Assembly: GCF_006345805.1 (NCBI RefSeq) | Contig: NC_042997.1 | Span: forward strand, 202,058,001-202,122,000 | Reading direction: 5' to 3' | DNA length: 64,000 nucleotides | From: Octopus sinensis | Taxonomy: Eukaryota | Shown: in pieces, positions 1 to 10,759 of the stretch | How positions within the stretch are numbered: the first letter of the stretch is position 1 | Layout: each line of letters opens with the position of its first letter | Notes under the pieces: model-generated | Told to the model about the DNA's origin: nothing | The model's input: the letters and a program-made list of their open reading frames with translations, nothing else | Database searches by the model: none | Program-made: the position numbers and the translations under genes

Positions 1-235
1 GGGTTGGATGATTTGACTGGGGACTGGCAAGCCAGGAGGTCACACCAGGCTCCAATCTGGTCTGGCAGTGTTTCTACAGCTGGATGCCCTACCTAATGGC
101 AACCACTCCGAGAGTGTAGTGGGTGCATTTTATGTTCCACTGGCACAGAAGCCAGTCAGGCGGCACTGGCATCAGCCACATTCGGATGGTACTTTTTACT
201 TGCCACCAACACAGGGAGCCAGTCAGGTGGCACTA
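1..235 (-). mobile_element. RTE-type LINE 3' end (group B), cut by window edge
   Basis: Reverse complement of the shared core cacccactacactctcggagtggttggcgttaggaagggcatccagctgtagaaac seen in many copies in this window. Confidence 0.8.
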
Positions 236-299
236 ATTGATGAAATCCCTTCCTTTTGAAAAGCTGCTGGCCTTGTGCCAAATTTGAAACAATCATAAA

Positions 300-512
300 G
301 CAGTGAGTTTGCAGAATTGTTAACACATCATACAAAACACTTGGCTGCATTTCTTCCAGCTTTTTATGTCCTAAATACAAGTTACATTGAGGTTAACTTT
401 GCCATTCATCTTTTTGGGATGATAAAATGAAGTATCAGTCAAATACTGGTGTCAATGTAATCAACTAACACCCACTTCCTCCCAAATTGCTGGCCTTATG
501 CCATAACTTGTA
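300..512 (+). mobile_element. Old SINE group C copy
   Basis: Degraded match to the group C head, the ctttgccattcatctttttggg core and the ggccttatgcc tail. Confidence 0.6.
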
Positions 513-730
513 ACCATTGTCACCCTGATACTTATTCGCATGGTATCAGGGTAGGTTTGCACAGCAGTGGGTCTTTGTGATGCATGTCTAGGGATCAGCC
601 TTCTCCCAAGTCTTGTATGCTTTCAAATGATTCTCAGTTGGGGTCCATGTGACCATTGAGGGTTTATACAAGATTTTAATGTTATAATGTATCTGCAGTA
701 AATTGGTTATACTCCTACAATACACAAAAC

Positions 731-940
731 AGGTGCAGGGGTGGCAGTGTGGTAAGTAGCGTGCTTACCAACCACATGGTTCTGGGTTCAGTACCACTGC
801 ATGGCACCTTGAGCAAGTGTCTTCTACTATAGCCTCGAGTTGACTAAAGCCTTGTGGGTGGATTTGGTAGATGGAAACTGAAAGAAGCCCATCATGTGTG
901 TATGTGTTTGTCCCCACCCCTATGATTGCTTGACAACCAA
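731..940 (+). mobile_element. tRNA-headed SINE group A, 3' truncated
   Basis: A-box-like tggcagtgtgg, B-box-like ggttcagtacc, then ttgagcaagtgtcttc...ggaaactgaaagaagccc. Confidence 0.8.
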
Positions 941-954
941 AACGTGATTGATGC

Positions 955-1156
955 CAGGTATGCTTGAGTGGCTCCTGTGCTGGTGACATGTAAAAAGCAC
1001 CCACTACACTCATGGAGTGGTTGGCGTTAGGAAGGGCATCCAGCTGTAGAAAGACTGCCAGATCAGAATGGAGCTTGGTGCAGCCACTGGCTCTCCAGAC
1101 CATCCAACCCATGTCAGCATGGAAAAAGAGACGTTAAACGATGATAAGGATGATGA
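955..1156 (+). mobile_element. RTE-type LINE 3' end (group B)
   Basis: Shared core, ccatgtcagcatgg terminal stem-loop, gacgttaaac(gat)n tail. Confidence 0.85.
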
Positions 1157-2229
1157 ATGTATGGCTGTGGGAGTCCAGTTGAGTAAAATAAGAATCAAAG
1201 CAGTCCTGAAGCAAAAATGGTTGAGAACCACAGGACTTACCAATTAGATTATATTCCTCTATTTAACCCATAACTGGGCCCCTTGACAGGTAATATTACT
1301 CAGGGCCAGGTCAGATCTGAAAATAATGATGACCAAGGAGTAACACCATATTATCCAAAACTCTTGAACTCCTAAACTGGAGCTTCACTGCTAGAAGTAA
1401 TTGAGTATCTTGTCCAGAAAAAATGTTTGGTAGTTAAATTAATTAATCTCTCTTTTAAATAATTGTTAATGAAGCAGACTTCTCCAGCTCTCTCAGATTA
1501 TCTATTTTACCATAAAACCAATCCTCTTGGCAACCCAAGTTTATAATTTGTTTTTGTCTATGGATTGTAACCATTTTATTTTGCTTTCATCATTAATACC
1601 TTTGAAAAGGTATGAACATCATAAACGCTGAATTACATTGGCCTTGTAAATCAAAGGGTTTATCCAGTATTTGAAGAATCAATATTTCTTTGAATGTGTT
1701 TCAGGACCTGGTAGACAGACCTACCATATTCTTATCTTATCAGCATAATGTAGGAAATGACATTGTCTTCAAGACAAGTCAAAGAATCTTTGACAGTCAT
1801 CTCTATAAACCATTCTACATAATGTTCATGTTGTGTAGTAGAGATTTCAAAGATGACATTAGTTCGTACAGCATCAGAATTATTTTTTTTCTTTTTTCAC
1901 CAAATTTCAATGACTTTATCATGTTCTGTCATCGAATAAAAGCCATTCCATATCTGCAGACTGGCTTATATCCTTATATTTTTACCTTGGAACTTATCAC
2001 TTCCAGATGATCACATCTATATAACATCAATATACATTGTCAAAAGACACTGGTTTCCTGCCTTCTAACCACATCATCCACCTCATTTATATTTTAATTA
2101 GTTTCTTGTCATCATCAATAGATGCAGTGCAATAAAGATTATTTCAGTTTTCTGTTGGTATTCTAAAAAACGTTGTGGGTCTGTTAAGTATATTAGTGAA
2201 GTTAATAAATGAGAAAAATCTACCACCAT

Positions 2230-2912
2230 AAACTGGCTATTTGGTGAAGAAGTTTACTTCCCAACCATATGGTCTTAGCTTCAATACTACTGTGTAACAC
2301 CTTGCCAAGTGTTTTCTAGTATAGCCATGGGCTGACCACTGCCTTGTAAGTGGACTTGATTGATGGAAACTGAAAGAAGCCAGTTGTATGTATGTGCGCA
2401 TGGTTGTGTCTCCTTGTCTTGTAATGAGTTTCATGCAAACAGTGTCATTCATTTCTAGCATTCTGTAAAAGCAGATCTGGCAAGGGGAGAAATATACCTT
2501 TTTCTTTACTACCCACAAGGAGCTAAACACAGAGGGGACAGACAAACGGATTAAGTTGATTACATCGACCCCAGTGTGTAACTGCTACTTAATTTATCAA
2601 CCCCAAAAGGATGAAAGGCAAAGTCAACCATGGCAGAATTTGAACTCAGAATGCAGCGGCAAACGAAATACCGCTAAGCACTTCACCTGGCCTGCTAACG
2701 TTTCTGCCAGCTCGCTGCCTGGTAGAAACGTTGTCGAGGGGAGAAATATACTTTGCTTGGAGACAAGTGAGGGTTCGTGACAGGAAGAGCATCATCTGGC
2801 TGTAGAAAATCTGTCTCACTAAACTCTGTCTGAAACAATGCTGGTGATGAGTTTATACAGCTGACCTGAGTGACCCTATCCAACATGAAGAAACACACAT
2901 GAAAACAATGAT
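2230..2912 (+). mobile_element. Old SINE with group A head and RTE-like tail, interrupted by a group C SINE
   Basis: Group A head at 2230-2390; tail caggaagagcatcatctggctgtagaaa...aaacaatgatg resembles group B. Confidence 0.6.
2498..2736 (-). mobile_element. SINE group C with 15-bp target-site duplication
   Basis: aggggagaaatatac repeated at 2483-2497 and 2737-2751 around a full minus-strand group C copy. Confidence 0.85.
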
Positions 2913-3659
2913 GTGCTTCTTTTCTCTTTTTTTAATTCTGCAGAGCTTGCTATTTTCTGTTAGTGATTGGGAATTGATAAAACTCAAAATGTTTTATCTT
3001 TAAGCGAAAATTTTCAAACAGCTTTTATCAAATATTTGCCCTTTCCTTGGTTTCTCATTCACCGTTATCATTCTTCTAAACCAATCTCTGGATTTACTTG
3101 CTGGCTGCATAAATGAGATAACACTTCCATATTTCTCCTGTTTTTGTTTTTTTTAATTAAATTTGTTGTTAATGTGTCTGGTTGAATAATTAATACCAGT
3201 TCTATATCAACAGTTTAATTTAGAAGATACTTTTTATCCTTAACATATTTCAAATGTGCTAAACAATGTGTAAATGCTCATTGTTCCTGTTTTTTTAATT
3301 AATTAATCTAAAGACAGGAGGTTAATAGGATAGATAATTTATTAAGAATATAAAATAGTTTCTGAAATTGTTTAAATTGTATGTCAAAATACAGGTTAGT
3401 TCATAATCATTCAGTTGGTGTATGGTAGAAAATATATTACTTAGAGACGCCATCCACATGAAAAATTAGCAGCTAAGTTAGTGTATGGTTGGTACGGAAG
3501 TATTGTTGTGAAATAAACAAACTTTACAGTCAATTCTGACCTGAAAAATTGCTATTTTCACTGTTTTTTGCCATGGAAGAAAATTCTCACTTTGAACATA
3601 ATGTGTAAAACACCAAAGTCACTTCAGAGCAAACACAAATGCATTTGTTAGTCTATGGA

Positions 3660-3703
3660 CTAACATGTGCATTTCAAGCTCTTTATGCTCTCATCAGTAT
3701 TAG
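3660..3703 (-). ncRNA. Degenerate minimal type I hammerhead ribozyme motif
   Basis: Minus strand CUAAUA CUGAUGA GAGC AUAAAGA GCUU GAAA UGCA CA UGUUAG: stems I and II pair and both core boxes are intact, but the UH site reads CA. Confidence 0.55.
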
Positions 3704-3948
3704 ATACCAAGCTGTCTGAAATGACTAAAAGCTTTTTCTTTTTTGTAATAAATCAGTAGAAATTGTCTACTGACTGTATCAAATATGTCCAAACATATTC
3801 AAACTGATCTTAAATCTTGTTTAGTTAAGTTAGTGTTAACTATTTAATAGTGGTCATTAAAAAAACTTAGAAGTAATTATAGTATGATGAAAAAACAATA
3901 TCAGTCTTTTACTAATATTTTAATTATTATGACAGGAATGATAGGAAA

Positions 3949-3988
3949 TTCCAGGCCTGTTTCAGTCTTATTAGACTTCTTCAGGAAA
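3949..3988 (-). ncRNA. Degenerate hammerhead-like motif
   Basis: Minus strand UUUC CUGAAGA AGUCU AAUA AGACU GAAA CAGGCCUGGAA: perfect 5-bp stem II between intact core boxes; UH site and stem I imperfect. Confidence 0.4.
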
Positions 3989-4594
3989 GCATAAACTTCA
4001 CGGTACTTTGTAAAGTAGTGATGAGATAATCACTAAGACATACAGTATTATACAGTACTTGGAATTAAAAATTAACATATAGCAGAGAAGAAATTTCTTA
4101 GGGGCAGCATCTGCATGAAGAACGACACTTAAGTTAGAATTAATATACTTAATGAAGTGAAGTGGCCTTTTTCACACTTTTAGCCTCACCTGGCCTCCGT
4201 GCCGGTGGCATGTAAAAAGCACCATCCGATCGTGGCCGTTTGTCAACCTCGTCTGGCATGTAAAAAGCACCCACTACGCTCTCGGAGTGGTTGGCGTTAG
4301 GAAGGGCATCCAGCCATAGAAACATTGCCAAATCAGACTGGAGCCTGGTGCAGCCTCCTGACTTCCCAGACCCCAATTGAACCGTCCAACCCATGATAGC
4401 ATAGAAAGCGGATTCTAAACGATGATGATGATGATTACTCAGTGTACCCTTTTGGTTGAAGACAAGGTTGTGATTTGAATGAGATTTGGTTGCTACTTTT
4501 AGCCAATGAAGTAACCGTATACTTTCTCCTACGTTAACTTGTGCTTCTGTAAGTGTACATGAAAGTGTCTACATGTGTATGCATGAATGTACAC

Positions 4595-4953
4595 TTTTAC
4601 TCTGCCTTAGTGAAGGCAGAGGTATTGTTTTCAGTCACGTTTGTTTGTTTGTCCATGAACAACACATCTCAAGAACTGCCTGATGGATTCGGATGAATCT
4701 TTCAGGAATGTTTGGCCATGTGACTGGCAAAAACTGATTAGATTTTGGGATTGATCCAGTACCAGACAAGGAATCTGAATTATTTTTTCCTGTCTTTTTC
4801 ATTTTTGAGAGCAGTTGGGTTCATTTTTAGTATTCTCGTTTGTGAAAGCAGTCAAGTAATAAACTCATTCTCATTTTAAAAATCATCTCTGGCTAATCGT
4901 TGGGAGGACGTTGGTGTTGCCTTGGCAGAGGTTTGCACTCTCTGAGTGCTCTT
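4595..4953 (+). mobile_element. Helentron-associated (HINE/DINE-1-like) non-autonomous element
   Basis: 5' tttt then ctctgcctt-agtg-aaggcagag inverted repeat, internal (gttt)n, 3' subterminal ggcagagg, then gcactc-tct-gagtgc hairpin; second partial copy near 22.3 kb. Confidence 0.7.
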
Positions 4954-4956
4954 ATG

Positions 4957-5036
4957 ATTATTATTATCATTATTATTACTATTATTATTATCATTATTAT
5001 TATTTATTATTATTATTATTACTATTATTATTATTG
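4957..5036. repeat. (ATT)n microsatellite
   Basis: Seen directly. Confidence 0.95.
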
Positions 5037-5250
5037 TGGGTGAACTGGCAGAATCATTAGCACGCGAGGTAAAATGCTTAGCAGTATTTCATCTGCCGCA
5101 GCGTTCTGAGTTCAAATTCTGCTGGGGTTGACTTTACCTTTCATCCTTTTGGGGTCAGTTAAACAAGTACCTGTTATGCACTGAGGTCGATATAATCGAC
5201 TTAATCCTTTCCCCCAAGTTTGAGGCCTTGTGCTTCCAGTAGAAAGGATT
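5037..5250 (+). mobile_element. SINE group C
   Basis: tggcagaatc A-box-like, gagttcaaattc B-box-like, gactttacctttcatccttttggggtc core. Confidence 0.85.
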
Positions 5251-5289
5251 ATAATTATTGCTGTTATTAAGGTGGTGAGCTGGCAGAAT

Positions 5290-6445
5290 TGTTAGCACAC
5301 CAGGCAAAGTGCTTAGCAACATGTCATCCATTTTTACATTTTGAGTTCAAATTCCACTGAGGTTGACTTTGTCTTTCATCCTTTCAGGGTTGCTAAAATA
5401 AGTACCAGTGAAACACTGGGGTCGATAAATTAAATACCAGTGAACCACTGGGGTCGATATATTAAGTACCAGTGAAACACTGGGGTCGATAGATTAAGTA
5501 CCAGTGAAACACTGGGGTCGATAGATTAAGTACCAGTGAAACACTGGGGTCGATAGATTAAGTACCAGTGAAACACTGGGGTCGGTAGATTAAGTACCAG
5601 TGAAACACTGGGGTCGGTAGATTAAGTACCAGTGAAACACTGGGGTCGGTAGATTAAGTACCAGTGAAACACTGGGGTCGGTAGATTAAGTACCAGTGAA
5701 ACACTGGGGTCGGTAGATTAAGTACCAGTGAAACACTGGGGTCGTAGTAGATTAAGTACCAGTGAAACACTGGGGTCGGTAGATTAAGTACCAGTGAAAC
5801 ACTGGGGTCGGTAGATTAAGTACCAGTGAAACACTGGGGTCGGTAGATTAAGTACCAGTGAAACACTGGGGTCGGTAGATTAAGTACCAGTGAAACACTG
5901 GGGTCGGTAGATTAAGTACCAGTGAAACACTGGGGTCGGTAGATTAAGTACCAGTGAAACACTGGGGTCGGTAGATTAAGTACCAGTGAAACACTGGGGT
6001 CGGTAGATTAAGTACCAGTGAAACACTGGGGTCGGTAGATTAAGTACCAGTGAAACACGGGGTCGGTAGATTAAGTACCAGTGAAACACTGGGGTCGGTA
6101 GATTAAGTACCAGTGAAACACTGGGGTCGGTAGATTAAGTACCAGTGAAACACTGGGGTCGGTAGATTAAGTACCAGTGAAACACTGGGGTCGGTAGATT
6201 AAGTACCAGTGAAACACTGGGGTCGGTAGATTAAGTACCAGTGAAACACTGGGGTCGGTAGATTAAGTACCAGTGAAACACTGGGGTCGGTAAATTAAGT
6301 ACCAGTGAAACACTGGGGTCGGTAAATTAAGTACCAGTGAAACACTGCGGTCGATAAATTAAATACTAGTGAAACTCTGGGGTCAATACAATCGACTATC
6401 ACCCTCCTCCGAATTTCAGGCCTTGTGCCTCTAGTAGAAAGTTCT
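5290..6445 (+). mobile_element. SINE group C expanded by an internal minisatellite
   Basis: Head at 5290-5395, tandem array, then normal tail atcgact...ggccttgtgcctctagtagaaa. Confidence 0.85.
5397..6390 (+). repeat. 32-bp minisatellite, about 31 copies (attaagtaccagtgaaacactggggtcggtag)
   Basis: Head-to-tail near-identical units with no spacers; each holds the ccagtg-aaa-cactgg hairpin. Confidence 0.97.
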
Positions 6446-6458
6446 ATAATCATTACTA

Positions 6459-6677
6459 AGGCAGTGTGCTGGCAGAGTCGTTAGCACACTGTATAAAATG
6501 CATAGCAGCATTTTGTTCATCTGTAGATTCTGAGTTCAAATATTACTGAGGACAACTTTGCCTTTCATCCTTCAAGGGTCAATAAAACAGATGTCATTTG
6601 AGCTGTAGGGTATGGTGCCATCAACTAACTCCAACTCCTGCAAAATTTCAGGCCTTGCACCTACAGTAGAAAAGATT
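6459..6677 (+). mobile_element. SINE group C, diverged
   Basis: Same head, core and caggccttgcacctacagtagaaaag tail. Confidence 0.75.
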
Positions 6678-6964
6678 ATTAGCATTGTTATTGTTAGTGC
6701 AGATCTCGTGTTTGTAACTTAAATCGATAATCTGGAAATTTTATTTATTGTTCACTTGTGGAACTGCAGAAATAACAGACAGAATATATCACAAAGACTT
6801 CACTGTTTGGTGGCAGACCATTGTTAAAGTAATCTCAAGACAAAGTGTCTGTCAACTGATAAGGTGACAGCAGAAGCTTATTTGTTGAAAGGCACACAGA
6901 CGCACACATACATCAGTGAGAGAGTGAGGTATATACACACATATATCAATATATATATATATAT

Positions 6965-7364
6965 TCTCCTTTACTCCTTTACTTGTTTCAGTCATTTGAC
7001 TGCAGCCATGCTGGAGCACCGCCTTTAGTCGAGCAAATCGACCCTGGGATTTATTCTTTGTAAGCCTAGTACTTATTCTATCGGTCTCTTCTGCCGAACC
7101 GCTAAGTGACGGGGACGTAAACACACCAGAATTGGTTGTCAAGCAATGCTAGGGGGACAAACACAGAAAAACACACACACACATACATATATACATATAT
7201 ACGACAGGCTTCTTTCAGTTTCCGTCTACCAAATCCACTCACAAGGCATTGGTCGGCCCGGGGCTATAGCAGAAGACACTTGCCCAAGATGCCATGCAGT
7301 GGGACTGAACCCGGAACCATGTGGCTGGTTAGCAAGCTACTTACCACACAGCCACTCCTGCGCC
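6965..7364 (-). mobile_element. Full-length young SINE group A
   Basis: Near-identical reverse complement of 35090-35493; internal (TA)/(TG) tract. Confidence 0.92.
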
Positions 7365-7534
7365 TATATACATTCTTTTATTCTTTTTCTTGCTTTAGTC
7401 ATTTTTGACTGCTGTCATGCTGGAGCATCACCTTAAAAGGTTTTGTGGAACAAATTGACCTCAAGGTATCAGTCTCTCTCTTGCCGAACCACTAAGGTAC
7501 AGAGATGTAAACAAACCAGAGAACCCAGTCATGG

Positions 7535-7916
7535 CTGTCAGATAATTTCTACAACATCACCCCTAAAATCTGACCACCTAACTCCCCAGACTGCAACCCT
7601 ACTTGATTATTATGTGTGGGGTGAAGTTCAGTGAGAGACCAACGAAACTTCTTGTAACACCAAATGATGAACTGAAGGCAAGGATTATGGCAGCATTCAC
7701 CAACTTAAACAAGGAGACTGTCCGGAAGAGTTGCAGGAGATTCCAAAGTCATGTGGAGGCTGTGGTTGAATCCAATGGCGATTTTATTGAATAGATTTAC
7801 TCTTTAGTATTTCAAGACATTTTTATGTAATTTTGGTAAATATATCTGTTAAAATGAGATGTCAGTGTTATTTTCATTTTTGCGTAATTTAGACAACAGT
7901 TTATTCACATTCTGTT
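7535..7916 (+). pseudogene. Tc1/mariner-superfamily transposase C-terminal fragment and probable right end
   Basis: I*PPNSPDCNP/frameshift/LDYYVWGEV then ELKARIMAAFTNLNKETVRKSCRRFQSHVEAVVESNGDFIE*; matches the WPxxSPDLNPxD third catalytic motif; contains stops and frameshifts. Confidence 0.85.
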
Positions 7917-9019
7917 TATACACACATACATATATGCACACATACATACATGCATGCATGCACACATACTTACATATATACATACATACACACGTGTAAA
8001 CATATATATGCACACGCACACACACACACACACATCATTTTGTAACAAATGAAATGCTTGCTAAACAGAATTTCTTGCTTTTCTTTTTACCTTATTTTCA
8101 AACATAGAATTTCATGGAATCATTTCTCTTTTCAACTAAACTGATATGTAGTATTAACATTTCCTTTGTTTCCCATACAATGTCATTTCATTTCTTTTTT
8201 TTTTTATATATCTAACATTCTAGATATTTACTTAATTTATTTTACCCGTTTATTTTATTTGTTAACATATCTACTACAATACAGTGCACTTGGTATCTTT
8301 CACTCGTGGCTACAAAGTAATGATTTTAAATAAAATTCAGTGTAGATTCTGAACATTTCAGTTTGTCAGGTTGACACACATAATCATTTTAATACCACAC
8401 GATTTTCTCAATAAAAACAACAACCTTAGGCTGAAACGAGCTGAATTTATTGTGGACTCTTAATTAAAACCTAAAGAGTGATTCCACAACCAAACAACAA
8501 GGTAGCATAAGCACTAAAAGCCTCTAAACTCATCTGAATTTCTTTTCTTTTTAATATACACTTTGTTATTACTAGAAATTCTAAGATCTTTGTAATAAGT
8601 AAGCAAAAGAAAAATGTATGTTCTGTGAATCTTCTTCCTTGTTCATCAATTTCAAATTCAAACTCCTAATTGCACCAGTTTATCTAGAAATGATTATTTT
8701 CCTTACAGTAACTGGCCACCAGGGTGCACTACATGTTTGAAACCCTTTGCTTCATTTTATGGTTAAGATCATTATCTGTACAAAATATTAAAAAGATTCC
8801 TCTTAAAATGTCATAGCCAACAGTACCAAATATGGTAACACTACTTGTTGAGCAATTCCCAGCTATGGTCATTGTTTCTGGTTCTTTCATGTTCTGAGTT
8901 CAAATCCCACCCAGGTCAACTTTGCTTTTTGCGGCCGATAGAATAAAATACCAGCCAAGTACTTGGGTTGATGTAATGAATTTGCCTCTCCTTTAAAAAA
9001 TTGCTAGCCTTGTGCAAAA

Positions 9020-9127
9020 ATTAGTTGCTTCCCAACCACATAGTTCTGGGTTCAGTCCCACTGCATGGCACCTATATCAAAGCCTTATGAGTGGATCTGA
9101 TAGACAGAAACTGGAAAAAAACCTGTC

Positions 9128-9166
<39 letters not shown>

Positions 9167-9380
9167 TATGTATGTATATGTGTGTTTGTGTGTTAGTATT
9201 TGTCCCCCCAATCACCACTTGACAACTGGTGTTGGTTTGTTTATGTCTCCATAACAGTGGTTCGGCAAAAGGGGCCAGTAGAATAAGCACTAGGCTTAAA
9301 AAATACATCCTGGGGTCAATTTATTTGACTAAAATCCTCCAGCATGGCCACAGTCAAGCGACTGAAACAAATAAAAGAAT
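9020..9380 (+). mobile_element. SINE group A, internally deleted
   Basis: cccaaccacatagttctgggttcagtccc head, (TA)n, ccagcatggccacagtc...gactgaaac tail. Confidence 0.8.
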
Positions 9381-9671
9381 AAATATTTATTCACTTTTAT
9401 TTTGTCTTTTGATTTTCAGCCTTAAGTTCATTTATTTTATTATAAAAGATACACAAACCCTTAAGCACACATAGGCTTAGTCATGGCTTTTTAGATAAGA
9501 AGTATGCATGGCAGACACTTGTTTTTAGGTTCACTCCCACTGTATGGTACCTTGAGCAAGTGTCTTCCTTGCCTCAGGCTGACGAATGTCTTGAGAGGGA
9601 ACTTAGACAGAAACTGCATGGAATCATTCTATACACTCTTATACAGTCATAATACATGGCTGTTTGGTTAA

Positions 9672-9891
9672 CCCTTTCAATACCAGCCTGGCTGAAACTG
9701 CTTCTGGCTCTGTAGTACAAATGTCTTGTTTTCAAAAGTTCTTAATTAAAATTTCCACCAAACCTTAGTCACAATTTATGTTCCTAACACTAGCTTAATG
9801 ATAACTTAAGTTATTTTACTAAATTCCTTGTTACATTTAAAGTAATTGAAAGAAACACAGAGCATCTCAAAATAAATATGGTAACAAAGGG
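9672..9891. mobile_element. TTAA-flanked MITE (piggyBac-type), copy 1
   Basis: TTAA at 9668-9671 and 9892-9895; termini ccctttcaatacc / ggtaacaaaggg. Confidence 0.85.
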
Positions 9892-9911
9892 TTAACAAAT
9901 GATTTATTTAA

Positions 9912-10133
9912 CCCTTTTGATACCAACCTGGCTGAAACCGCCTCTGGCTCTGTAGCACAAATGTCTTGTTTTCAAAAGTTCTCAATTAAAATCTTCCACC
10001 AAACTTTAGTCACAATTTATGTTCCTAACACTAGCTTAACAATAACTAAGTTATTTTACTAAATTCTTTGTTATATTTAAAATTAATTGAAGGAAACACA
10101 GAGCATCTCAACAGAAATATGGTAATGAAAGGG
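9912..10133. mobile_element. TTAA-flanked MITE (piggyBac-type), copy 2 of the same family
   Basis: TTAA at 9908-9911 and 10134-10137; termini cccttttgatacc / ggtaatgaaaggg; colinear with copy 1. Confidence 0.85.
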
Positions 10134-10357
10134 TTAAAGCATTCCCTTTATGACCTTGTTCTCTAAGGGTTCAGTCCAGCTGAGCAGTACCTTATGTTCA
10201 TTGACTTACAGTGCTGACTTGAACTGGCTCCCTTTTGTTCCACAACAAGATATCCCAAGGTTTTGTTAGATAATTTCTCATTGCCTTATTATTGATCCTG
10301 TAAATCCTTAATAGTAACAAAGACTCCATTTGAAAAACTGAATGGTAATTCCAGATA

Positions 10358-10759
10358 TCTATATATATATAAAGCTGAAGTTGTCTGTGTATAGCAGGTT
10401 TGGTAGCCTTCAACTAACTATATCTCCTCCGAGACCCTGCAGCGCAAGTTGATCAAAATTGAGAGTATGATAGAAGAAAGCTTGCTCTTCCTTCTGTAGA
10501 AGAAAAAATTCAAATTGGACCATGTTAATACCAATAATTATTTACTTCAAAACGGTGCTTTTTTTTTTCTATGAAAATACCTATTTTTTACGATTTTTTT
10601 TACTACTGTGTCGCCATTTTCCGGTGTATTTCAACCAGAAAAATGTTCACTTAAAGAGAATAACAAGCTACATAATGCAAAAGTTTTACTTTTCAAAAAT
10701 TCCAATTCTAAAGGGTCGAAAAGAAAACAAGCCCAAGCAACATTGGGCTATACTGCTAG
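10358..10759 (+). mobile_element. Non-autonomous Helitron, complete
   Basis: Starts TC, ends CTAG, sits between A and T with no TSD; agcccaa-gcaaca-ttgggct hairpin at 10730-10749. Confidence 0.88.

Noticed and set aside
5397-6390. CRISPR-like array of 32-bp palindromic repeats
   Set aside because: No unique spacers, no cas genes, eukaryotic context; the unit is a SINE module
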